Assembly (NCBI GenBank): GCA_028696075.1
Contig: JAQVHS010000003.1
Location: forward strand, 121,639-185,638
Direction: 5' to 3'
Origin: Candidatus Gastranaerophilales bacterium
Lineage (GTDB): Bacteria > Cyanobacteriota > Vampirovibrionia > Gastranaerophilales > JAILCC01
DNA length: 64,000 nucleotides
A model generated the notes under the pieces. The model made no database searches. It was not told the origin of the DNA and saw only the letters and a program-made list of their open reading frames with translations. Both the position numbers and the translations under genes were made by a program. Shown in pieces: positions 36,074-44,010 of this stretch; position 1 is the stretch's first letter, and the number at the start of each line of letters is the position of its first letter.

Positions 36074-36724
36074 TTAATTTTGTTCCGTTAATTTTGATAA
36101 TGCTTCTCTCAAATCCTGTATCTCATATTTCATACGGTTCAAAGAACATTGTACAGGGTCAGGAATCCTGTTGTGCATAAGCTGACCTTCATGCTCAACC
36201 TGCTGAACAACAATACGGGCGGGAATACCGACGACCGTAGAATCAGGCGGCACATCATCTATAACCACAGAGCCAGCGCCTACTCTGACGTTTTCGCCGA
36301 TAGTAATATTACCCAAAACTTTTGCTCCTGCGCCTAGTACAACACAATTGCCGACAGTCGGGTGGCGTTTGCCTGTCTCTTTGCCTGTACCGCCAAGTGT
36401 AACTTCCTGATACATCAAGACGTCATCGCCTATAACTGTTGTTTCACCTATTACCACTCCCATTCCGTGGTCTATAAAAAATCTTCTTCCTATAGCTGCA
36501 CCGGGATGAATTTCTATTCCCGTCAAAAATCTTGTAAAATGAGAAAGCAGTCTTGGAATAACAGGGATTTTCCAATAATACAGTTTGTGGGCTATCCTGT
36601 GCAAAATAAGAGCATGCAAACCGGGATAACACAAAACCACCTCAATCAGGTTGGTGGCTGCAGGGTCTTTTTCATAAATAGCGTGTATATCTTCTGCTAG
36701 TTTTTTAAATGCTCTTATTATCAT
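36074..36724 (-). CDS. cysE: Serine O-acetyltransferase
   Basis: DPAA...[17 protein letters not shown], then hexapeptide repeats [31 protein letters not shown]. Confidence 0.9.
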   Translation of the reverse strand: MIIRAFKKLAEDIHAIYEKDPAATNLIEVVLCYPGLHALILHRIAHKLYYWKIPVIPRLLSHFTRFLTGIEIHPGAAIGRRFFIDHGMGVVIGETTVIGDDVLMYQEVTLGGTGKETGKRHPTVGNCVVLGAGAKVLGNITIGENVRVGAGSVVIDDVPPDSTVVGIPARIVVQQVEHEGQLMHNRIPDPVQCSLNRMKYEIQDLREALSKLTEQN

Positions 36725-36824
36725 AATGAAAATTATACATCAACCATGATAAGTTTGTATCCCATAGTAGAAATATCCGCAATAAACTTGTATTTACAGG
36801 TGAAAAACTGTTAGAATTAACTAC

Positions 36825-37541
36825 ATGGAAAATACAAATCAAATCACAGCATTTACATTAGCGGAAGTATTGATAACACTAATGGTTATCGGAATTCTTG
36901 CAATGGTAACTATTCCAGGCATTATGCAAGCTTGGGAAGAAAGAGTTACTGTTTCCAAATTAAAAGAAACGTACTCTACATTGCAACAAGCATTCAAATT
37001 GGCTGAGATAGAGAACGGACAACCTGAAACGTGGGGATTCTCTTATAGTAATTATAGTGTAACTTGGGACAAAATGCTTCCATACCTTAAAACATCACAA
37101 AATTGTAAATTGACTGCCGGAGGATGTGCAGCCGATGGAATAAAACTATTAAACGAGAAACCTTACATAAATATTAATTCTGATAACACATGGTATAAAT
37201 TTACACTCGTTTCAGGTGTAAATATAATGTCAGACAGACCATCAGGACAGTGTACAGGCTCCTTTTATTCAGATGGACAACCTTCTTGTTTTAGGCTTTT
37301 TGTAGATATAAACGGACTGAAAGGACCAAATCAATTCGGAAAAGATGTATTTGCTTTTTCTATGACTAAACGTGGTTTTATACCTTGGGGAGGTTATCAT
37401 ACTCCCGGGGATTATATGTATCACCAAAATTCCTGCACAGGTCCTGATAACATTGGAAGCAGCATAGAAGGATTAGGTTGTGCACGTTGGGTCATTGAGC
37501 GCGGCAATATGGACTATCTGCATGAGGTTACAACTTGGTAG
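36825..37541 (+). CDS. Type IV pilin/pseudopilin-like protein (prepilin N-terminal cleavage/methylation domain)
   Basis: MENTNQITA|FTLAEVLITLMVIGILAMVTIPG with Glu at +5. 238 aa, with C-terminal Cys pairs. Confidence 0.75.
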   Translation: MENTNQITAFTLAEVLITLMVIGILAMVTIPGIMQAWEERVTVSKLKETYSTLQQAFKLAEIENGQPETWGFSYSNYSVTWDKMLPYLKTSQNCKLTAGGCAADGIKLLNEKPYININSDNTWYKFTLVSGVNIMSDRPSGQCTGSFYSDGQPSCFRLFVDINGLKGPNQFGKDVFAFSMTKRGFIPWGGYHTPGDYMYHQNSCTGPDNIGSSIEGLGCARWVIERGNMDYLHEVTTW

Positions 37542-37554
37542 GGTAATAAGGCTG

Positions 37555-37690
37555 GTTTGAAGCTCGGAAGCTTAGAGGTTGAGAGGCTTTAAATAGCTGT
37601 CTTTGCGAGCGTCAGCGAAGCAATCCAGTGTTGGTGGATTGCCGCGTCCTCACTACGTTCGTCCTCGCAAAGACGTTTTATTGTCTAAAA
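37555..37690 (+). repeat. GC-rich palindromic intergenic repeat, copy C (nested hairpins)
   Basis: The outer inverted repeat is GTCTTTGCGAG (37599-37609) with CTCGCAAAGAC (37664-37674). The inner one is GCAATCCA (37620-37627) with TGGATTGC (37634-37641). The 5' part matches copy A (AGCTGTCTTTGCGAGCG...GCAATCCAGTG). Confidence 0.85.
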
Positions 37691-37711
37691 CCCCTCTCAG
37701 CCGCTTAGCTG

Positions 37712-39340
37712 CTAAACTTCCCCGTGTATAGCATTTGCAATTCTAGCTACGACTTCTTTATCAAGAGCGTTAGGAAGGATATTCAACTCACTTATTCCAA
37801 GCTCTTTTGTATAATCATAAATAGCTTTTGCGCAAGCCACTTTCAAATCCTCTGTTATTACTTTGACATGTTTTTCCAGAACACCTTTGATTACGCCGGG
37901 GAATGCCAAAGAGTTATTAATTTGGTTAGGGAAATCACTCCTGCCCGTTGCAACTATAGCAGCGCCTGCTTCAAGAGCTATATCGGGCATTATTTCAGGA
38001 ACAGGGTTTGCCAAAGCAAACACAACAGGATTTTCATTCATAGACTTGACCATATCTTCATCAACAATGTTGCCCGCAGAAAGCCCTATTAAAAAATCCG
38101 CTCCCTTAATCACATCTTTTAAAGTACCCTCTTCATTTTGAAGATTAGTAACTTGTGCCATTTTGACAAGGTATTTATTCATATTTTCTGTTCTGTTCTT
38201 ATGAATAACACCGTATTTATCCGATAAAACAAGATTTTTCACCCCTGCTTTGAGCAGCAGTTTAGCAACAGCAACAGCAGCTGCTCCGGCGCCTGACATG
38301 ACTACTTTAACCTGTTTATAATCTTTTCCCAAAGCATCACAGGCAGCTAAAAATGCCGCTAAAACCACAATAGCGGTTCCATGCTGGTCGTCATGAAACA
38401 CGGGGATATTACATTTTTCGATAAGTTTTTCTTCAATCTCAAAACATCTGGGGGCATTAATATCTTCTAAATTAATACTGCCGAAGGAATACGAAATTGC
38501 GGTAGAAATTTTAACTATTTCATCAACATCCTGGGTTTTCAAACAAAGAGAAAAAGCATCAATATCACCTAATGTTTTAAACAAAGCAGCTTTGCCTTCC
38601 ATAACGGGTAAAGCGCAGGCAGCACCTGTATTACCAAAGCCCAAAGTAGCGCTCCCGTCCGTAATAATACCTACGGTATGTTTTTTTGAGGTAAGCTCCC
38701 AAACGGCTTGCGGGGTTTTTCTGATTTGCTCAGCTATTTTATCTAAATTTTCTTTAGAAAATTTTTCACTCATTTCTTTTATACTAAGAAGTTTAAAATT
38801 ATTTTTAACCTGAATTACTCCGTTCAAAGAAGCCCTTAAATTAAGCGCATGTGAAGCTAAAGTATCCGAAGAGCAGGCGCTAAAAGACTCAACTTTAAAA
38901 GATTCAAGCTCCTGTTTCATGGTACGGGCATTTTCAACAACAGCTTCAAATTCATATCCGTCAAGATTTTCCTGAACTATAACTTTGGAAAAATCAACGA
39001 CTTTTGTGTTTGAAAATACATAAAACCCGCCAAAAGACGGCTCTAAATTCCTTACAAGCGCATTAATATCATACCCTGTTGACAAAAGGGGATATGCATC
39101 AATATCAGCAACTTTTTTTAAGATTGCGCATACGGCTTCTGCGTGAGGAATAAAACTATAAGGACATTTAAGCGCATCAAATATAACGGCAACAGAGTTT
39201 TTACGGTTAGTCAAAGTATTCACAAACGCAGAATCAGCCTCTATCTGTTTACAGCTGGCACCTACTCCGGGAGTATAAATCAAACTTAAATCTTCCAGGT
39301 TATCAACTTTATGTTTTAATTCTGTCTCAAAATTTCTCAT
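37712..39340 (-). CDS. NAD(P)-dependent malic enzyme with a duplicated N-terminal region
   Basis: Intact core: ITDGSATLGFGNTGAACALPVMEGKAALFK, SINLEDINAPRCFEIE, VFHDDQHGTAIV, GAGAAAVA. It is preceded by ~150 aa that repeat the same layout in degenerate form (DLSLIYTPGV...NSVAVIFDALK...DIDAYPLL...PSFGGFYVFSN). Confidence 0.8.
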   Translation of the reverse strand: MRNFETELKHKVDNLEDLSLIYTPGVGASCKQIEADSAFVNTLTNRKNSVAVIFDALKCPYSFIPHAEAVCAILKKVADIDAYPLLSTGYDINALVRNLEPSFGGFYVFSNTKVVDFSKVIVQENLDGYEFEAVVENARTMKQELESFKVESFSACSSDTLASHALNLRASLNGVIQVKNNFKLLSIKEMSEKFSKENLDKIAEQIRKTPQAVWELTSKKHTVGIITDGSATLGFGNTGAACALPVMEGKAALFKTLGDIDAFSLCLKTQDVDEIVKISTAISYSFGSINLEDINAPRCFEIEEKLIEKCNIPVFHDDQHGTAIVVLAAFLAACDALGKDYKQVKVVMSGAGAAAVAVAKLLLKAGVKNLVLSDKYGVIHKNRTENMNKYLVKMAQVTNLQNEEGTLKDVIKGADFLIGLSAGNIVDEDMVKSMNENPVVFALANPVPEIMPDIALEAGAAIVATGRSDFPNQINNSLAFPGVIKGVLEKHVKVITEDLKVACAKAIYDYTKELGISELNILPNALDKEVVARIANAIHGEV

Positions 39341-39842
39341 ATTTCTTTTTCAGAGCATTCATATCTATATGCTGTATTCTCTGCCTTATTTTGCTACCCA
39401 AAACAGTACTTTCGTTGGACATACCTTCTAAAATCAATAACATCTCAAAAGCCGTATCAAATTCAGCAAGCCTGCCTCTATCATTTAAAACCAAAAGCGT
39501 ATCAATAACAAGCAATAAAGATTCGGAGTGTTCACAATTCACATCAAGATTGCCGCAGTTGGATAACATAAACTCACCATATTCAAGTATCGGCTGGAAA
39601 AATTCCTGCTGCAAAAATATGCCGACAATAATTGTCTTTTTTAAATCTTTTGCTTTTTTATCAAAAAGGGTTTTCTCCATTTTATAAAGCAGAATGGGGT
39701 TTTTAGTTTTAGATAAGCCTGAAAAAACAATACTCCTGAAATTAGGGTCGCCGCCTGCAACACCGTTTGTAAGAATATCTTCAACCAATTCATCAAGTTT
39801 TTCGAGAGATACTTTCGCTTCTAATTCGTCTTTTCTTGTCAT
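39327..39842 (-). CDS. Hypothetical protein
   Basis: 171-aa ORF, predicted helical, no recognisable motif. It overlaps the malic-enzyme start by 14 nt. Confidence 0.45.
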   Translation of the reverse strand: MTRKDELEAKVSLEKLDELVEDILTNGVAGGDPNFRSIVFSGLSKTKNPILLYKMEKTLFDKKAKDLKKTIIVGIFLQQEFFQPILEYGEFMLSNCGNLDVNCEHSESLLLVIDTLLVLNDRGRLAEFDTAFEMLLILEGMSNESTVLGSKIRQRIQHIDMNALKKKYEKF

Positions 39843-39852
39843 ATCAGACTCC

Positions 39853-40263
39853 TTATTTTATTTGGAAAGAACATTTGGAACAATGCGCTTTGGGATGTTT
39901 TACGAGCCTATCTTCTAAATCATAAAGTTCAGCTACCCTGCATATTAACTCCGAACCGCATTCAGGACAAATATTACCTTCAAGTTCACCTTGCAATATA
40001 TTGTCTTTTATCATCTTTAAATAATTATCGCTTACTTTTTTATCTTCAAAATTTCTCTCATATTTTTTTATATTCCTCGGTTCAACTTTAAGAGCCTTAG
40101 CGAGTTTTTGTCTTACTACTGTCGGTAAAAAAAGCAACTGCCCTGATTCAACCTCTTCAAGAGCAGATAAATCAATATTTGCAGCATTAGCCAATCCCAA
40201 TTGGGAATAGCCTTTTTGTTCTCTTAAAGTAGAGATATATTCTGCCAACGATTGATTTTTCAT
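39853..40263 (-). CDS. XRE-family HTH protein fused to a C-terminal zinc ribbon
   Basis: N-terminal HTH (REQKGYSQLGLANAANIDLSALEEVESG). The C-terminus has CPECG...(22 aa)...CSKC. Confidence 0.6.
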   Translation of the reverse strand: MKNQSLAEYISTLREQKGYSQLGLANAANIDLSALEEVESGQLLFLPTVVRQKLAKALKVEPRNIKKYERNFEDKKVSDNYLKMIKDNILQGELEGNICPECGSELICRVAELYDLEDRLVKHPKAHCSKCSFQIK

Positions 40264-40336
40264 GTTAATAAAATTCCTTTGCCAATATTTTAATGATAAG
40301 ATTAATCATGAACATTCTACTATGAGGTAATTTTTA

Positions 40337-41416
40337 TTGAAAGAGAATATTAGTTTTTTAGCCACTGCTATAGGAAGCTTTCCTCATAAAAATATCGAAG
40401 AGGCTATTGAGTGCGTTTTTGCAAATATCCCTCAAATGCCTGTCTGCCCCCAATTATCTAACTATTGTGCAAATGAAGATATGCTTGTTCAATACACAGA
40501 AAATTTCCCCGGTGTAATAAAGGAAAATTTGAAAAATATTGCTGCAACACAATCGGATGAATTTTTCGAAAAATTGGAAGAATTCTATGCGGATTATGAA
40601 ACCATTGTAAATGAAAAAGAGCTTGATTTACTCGAAAAATATGCTATCAGCAGAGATTATTATTCTTCAATGGAGTTATTCCTGCAAAAAGTAAAAGAAA
40701 CCAAACCGCCCTTTGTAAAAGGACAAATTATAGGACCGTTTACTCTTGGCACAAGTCTTCTTGATGAGGAAAAAAGATGCTGTTTTTACGATGAAACTTT
40801 CAGGGATATTCTGGTGAAAACTCTTACGTTAAAAGCTTTATGGCAGGTTAATGAATTCAGAAAAGCTAACCCTGACACGCAGCCTGTAATTTTTATAGAC
40901 GAGCCTACAATGTCACAATTCGCTACCAGCGCTTATATTACGGTTTCAAAAGAAGATATCATAAGCGTAATATCAGAAATAGTAAATGTATTAAAGGAGT
41001 TTGATGTTATTGCGGGTATACATTGCTGCGGAAAAACAGACTGGGCTATGGTTTTGAATTGCGGAGTAGATATCATTAATTTTGATGCTTATTTTTATTC
41101 GCAAAATTTTTCGCTCTTTTCAAAAGATTTGGAAAAATTCCTTCATAAAGGCGGAATTATAGCTTGGGGCGTAGTTCCCTCATTGGATGTTGAAGCGCTG
41201 AAAAATGCAAAATCGGAAGATTTAATCGCAATTTATGAGAATGCCAAGGATTTGCTTGTTAATAAAGGCATATCGGAAGAAAAAATATTAAAAGCAAGTA
41301 TCTTCACTCCGTCTTGCGGAACAGGCAGTTTAAGTGTCGAAAATGCCCAAAAAGTAATGGAATACTTAAGGCATTTGTCTGAACATTTTAGAAATAAATA
41401 TGAGGAAAAATTTTAA
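40337..41416 (+). CDS. MetE-like / URO-D-fold zinc methyltransferase (core methionine-synthase-like)
   Basis: 359 aa. The N-terminal AIGSFPH, and the candidate Zn ligands GIHCCG and TPSCGTG, sit in the spacing expected for the MetE catalytic-domain family. It is the first gene of a 4-gene overlapping operon. Confidence 0.5.
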   Translation: MKENISFLATAIGSFPHKNIEEAIECVFANIPQMPVCPQLSNYCANEDMLVQYTENFPGVIKENLKNIAATQSDEFFEKLEEFYADYETIVNEKELDLLEKYAISRDYYSSMELFLQKVKETKPPFVKGQIIGPFTLGTSLLDEEKRCCFYDETFRDILVKTLTLKALWQVNEFRKANPDTQPVIFIDEPTMSQFATSAYITVSKEDIISVISEIVNVLKEFDVIAGIHCCGKTDWAMVLNCGVDIINFDAYFYSQNFSLFSKDLEKFLHKGGIIAWGVVPSLDVEALKNAKSEDLIAIYENAKDLLVNKGISEEKILKASIFTPSCGTGSLSVENAQKVMEYLRHLSEHFRNKYEEKF

Positions 41417-42174
41417 TGACGGTATCTATAGCTCTTACAGGCAAAAGCGGAAGCGGCAAAACAACTTTGACAAAAGCCTTATTGTTTAACCTAAGGCTCA
41501 AATACCCTAACAGCTTGTTTCTTGTTGTAGATAATGATTTAACGACAGAATTCGGACATACTTACAACAAAGATATAAGACAGACCGTTTACGGTATAAG
41601 AAGCGGCAAACATGAATACAAGACGGGTATCCCGAGTCAAATGACAAAACAGGAATATATTGAATGGGCTTTGGAAGATATTATATTCCCGCTCGAAGAG
41701 AATACCGATTTGCTCGTAACCTGGCTTTCGCCTTCAAAAGATTGCCGCTGCCCGGTTACAGCACAAATGAACAATGCTCTTCTAAAGTTATTCGACAGAT
41801 ATGATTTTGTACTTTTTGACTGTGAGTACGATTTAAAATACCTGCAGCAGCTTGTAGATTACCAGATTGACTCTACTTTAATAGTAACAAGACCTACGGA
41901 AGAATCCGTAAACCTTGCTTACAGAATTCAGGAATCTTCCGAAAAATATGCGGAAGGTCAGCTTGGTGTTGTTTTAAACATGGTAAAAGGCAATATAACG
42001 GAAAATATTTCCGCAAAACTAAATCACTACGGGCTTAAAGTCTTGGGTAACCTCAATTACGACGAAGCCTTGGAACTTAACGGAACAAGAAAGTATTCTA
42101 ATAAATTTAACAAGGAAGTAAACGACATAATTCTACGTCTGAACCTTCCTATAATGGGGTATGAAAATGGCTAA
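41416..42174 (+). CDS. CooC/AcsF-like SIMIBI P-loop ATPase (metallocentre-insertion accessory protein family)
   Basis: N-terminal P-loop IALTGKSGSGKTTL. A CxC motif (KDCRCPV) is followed by NNALLKL, as in CooC. The start overlaps the upstream stop (TAATG). Confidence 0.5.
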   Translation: MTVSIALTGKSGSGKTTLTKALLFNLRLKYPNSLFLVVDNDLTTEFGHTYNKDIRQTVYGIRSGKHEYKTGIPSQMTKQEYIEWALEDIIFPLEENTDLLVTWLSPSKDCRCPVTAQMNNALLKLFDRYDFVLFDCEYDLKYLQQLVDYQIDSTLIVTRPTEESVNLAYRIQESSEKYAEGQLGVVLNMVKGNITENISAKLNHYGLKVLGNLNYDEALELNGTRKYSNKFNKEVNDIILRLNLPIMGYENG

Positions 42175-43018
42175 AATTTTGAGTGGTAAAGCACTGTCAG
42201 AAAAAATTATGCTTGATTTGAAAAACGAAATCAGCATCAAAAACTATGCTCCGTCGCTTGCGGTCGTCATAGTGGGGGACAACAGCGCAAGCAGAATTTA
42301 TGTAAACAGAAAGAATATCAAAGCACGGGAAATCGGTATAAAATCAGAAATAATCGCTCTTGACGCGGACATATCGCAAGAAAAGCTGGAAGCCGAAATA
42401 AACAAACTATGCCAAAATCCCGATATCAACGCTGTTTTAGTGCAGCTGCCCTTGAGCGCGCATTTGAACACACAAAGTATACTTAATCTTATTCCGCCTG
42501 AAAAGGATGTGGATGGTTTCAGCCCGATAAATGCAGGATGGTTATCTGCCGGCGCTAAACCTTATGCCATCCCCTGCACTCCGCTGGGTATTATCAAGCT
42601 TTTAAAATCCTATGATATCGAAATTGAAGGCAAATCTGCCGTTGTAATAGGACGCTCTAACATCGTAGGCAGACCTATGGCATCACTTTTGGAGAAAGAA
42701 AATGCCACAGTTACAATTTGTCACTCAAGAACCAGAGATATTACGGCTTTTACAAGACATGCGGATATTTTGATAAGCGCCGTCGGCAAAGCTAATTTTA
42801 TAGACGACGGCTGGATAAAAGAGGGCGTAATAATCGTAGATGTGGGAATGAACCGAAATGAAGACGGCAAACTTACCGGGGATGTGGATTTTGAAAAAGT
42901 TCAACAAAAAGCATCTGCAATCACTCCTGTACCAGGCGGCGTCGGACCTATGACCATCGCTACACTAATGTCAAATACACTTAGATTATACAAATTACAA
43001 AAGGGAATCAGAGAATGA
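42161..43018 (+). CDS. folD: Bifunctional methylenetetrahydrofolate dehydrogenase/methenyl-THF cyclohydrolase
   Basis: ILSGKALS, LAVVIVGDNSASRIYVNRK, VQLPL, DVDGF, GRSNIVGRPMASLL and PVPGGVGPMT motifs. Confidence 0.92.
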   Translation: MKMAKILSGKALSEKIMLDLKNEISIKNYAPSLAVVIVGDNSASRIYVNRKNIKAREIGIKSEIIALDADISQEKLEAEINKLCQNPDINAVLVQLPLSAHLNTQSILNLIPPEKDVDGFSPINAGWLSAGAKPYAIPCTPLGIIKLLKSYDIEIEGKSAVVIGRSNIVGRPMASLLEKENATVTICHSRTRDITAFTRHADILISAVGKANFIDDGWIKEGVIIVDVGMNRNEDGKLTGDVDFEKVQQKASAITPVPGGVGPMTIATLMSNTLRLYKLQKGIRE

Positions 43019-43938
43019 AATTAATCGGAGAAAACATACACATAATTTCAAAAAGAACAAAGGAAGCAATTGAAGCTAAAGACAGCAATTATATTAAAGG
43101 TTATATCCAAAAAATGCTTGATAATAACATAGATTGGATTGACCTTAATATAGGTCCTGCAAGAAAAACTCAAGGTATGATGTTATGGCTTACAAATACA
43201 GTAAGAGAAATGACGGATTTACCTATATCTTTTGACACAACTAATCCCGAAGAAATGAAAGCAGGGCTTAAATCGGTTAAAAATGCTTCCGATTGTATCA
43301 TAAACAGCATAAGCGCAGACAAAACAAGACAAGATGCTCTTTTGCCGCTTGCTCGGGAATTCGGCTCTAATTTAATTGCACTGACTTTGAGCGATGCAAC
43401 AGGTATTCCGAAAGAAGCCGATGCAAGACTTGAAATAGCTTTTGAAATTATCGAAAAAACCGCAGAATCAGGTATTGAGAACGAAAAAATCTTTTTAGAC
43501 CCGTTGGTGCTGCCTGTAGCAGTTGATCAATCACAAGCTTTAGAAGCGCTTAATGCAATCAGAATGTTTAAAGAATCGTTTGACCCTCAGGTTCAAACTA
43601 CCATAGGATTGTCAAATGTTTCGAACGGTTGCCCAAAAGAAAACAGACCTCTTATAAATCTTGTATTCGGAGTTTTGGCTATGGGCTGCGGCTTAGACAG
43701 CGCCATAGTCGACGGATTTGACTCTAAATTAACCAGAATTAACAGAATGATAGAGGATAAAAAAGCCGTTACAAGCGTAGATGAGCTTTACTTGAATTTG
43801 TACAATATTATGAGTGAGTTTGGTGAGCTTGAAGATATTTCTTACAACAAAGATAATGCTGAAGAAGTGGAAATCTACAAAACAGCGGAAATACTTTTAA
43901 ATAAAAATATCTATTCTCACAACTATTTATCAATATAA
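43015..43938 (+). CDS. acsE: Methyltetrahydrofolate:corrinoid methyltransferase (AcsE/MeTr-like pterin-binding protein)
   Basis: Colinear with the MeTr pattern as I recall it: LIGENIH, DLNIGP, FDTTN, INSIS, LDPLVLP, GLSNVS, RPLIN, GLDSAI. It overlaps the folD stop (ATGA). Confidence 0.7.
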   Translation: MKLIGENIHIISKRTKEAIEAKDSNYIKGYIQKMLDNNIDWIDLNIGPARKTQGMMLWLTNTVREMTDLPISFDTTNPEEMKAGLKSVKNASDCIINSISADKTRQDALLPLAREFGSNLIALTLSDATGIPKEADARLEIAFEIIEKTAESGIENEKIFLDPLVLPVAVDQSQALEALNAIRMFKESFDPQVQTTIGLSNVSNGCPKENRPLINLVFGVLAMGCGLDSAIVDGFDSKLTRINRMIEDKKAVTSVDELYLNLYNIMSEFGELEDISYNKDNAEEVEIYKTAEILLNKNIYSHNYLSI

Positions 43939-43950
43939 AACTTTTTTAAT

Positions 43951-43983
43951 AAAAAAAGCCGACTTTAATAAAGTCGGCTTTGT
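43951..43983. terminator. Bidirectional rho-independent terminator between acsE-like (+) and rpoC2 (-)
   Basis: AAAAAAAGCCGAC-tttaataaa-GTCGGCTTT. The minus-strand reading gives a hairpin plus a T7 run; the plus-strand reading gives a hairpin plus TTT. Confidence 0.8.
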
Positions 43984-44010
43984 GCTGATGCACATCACAT
44001 TGTTAAACGA

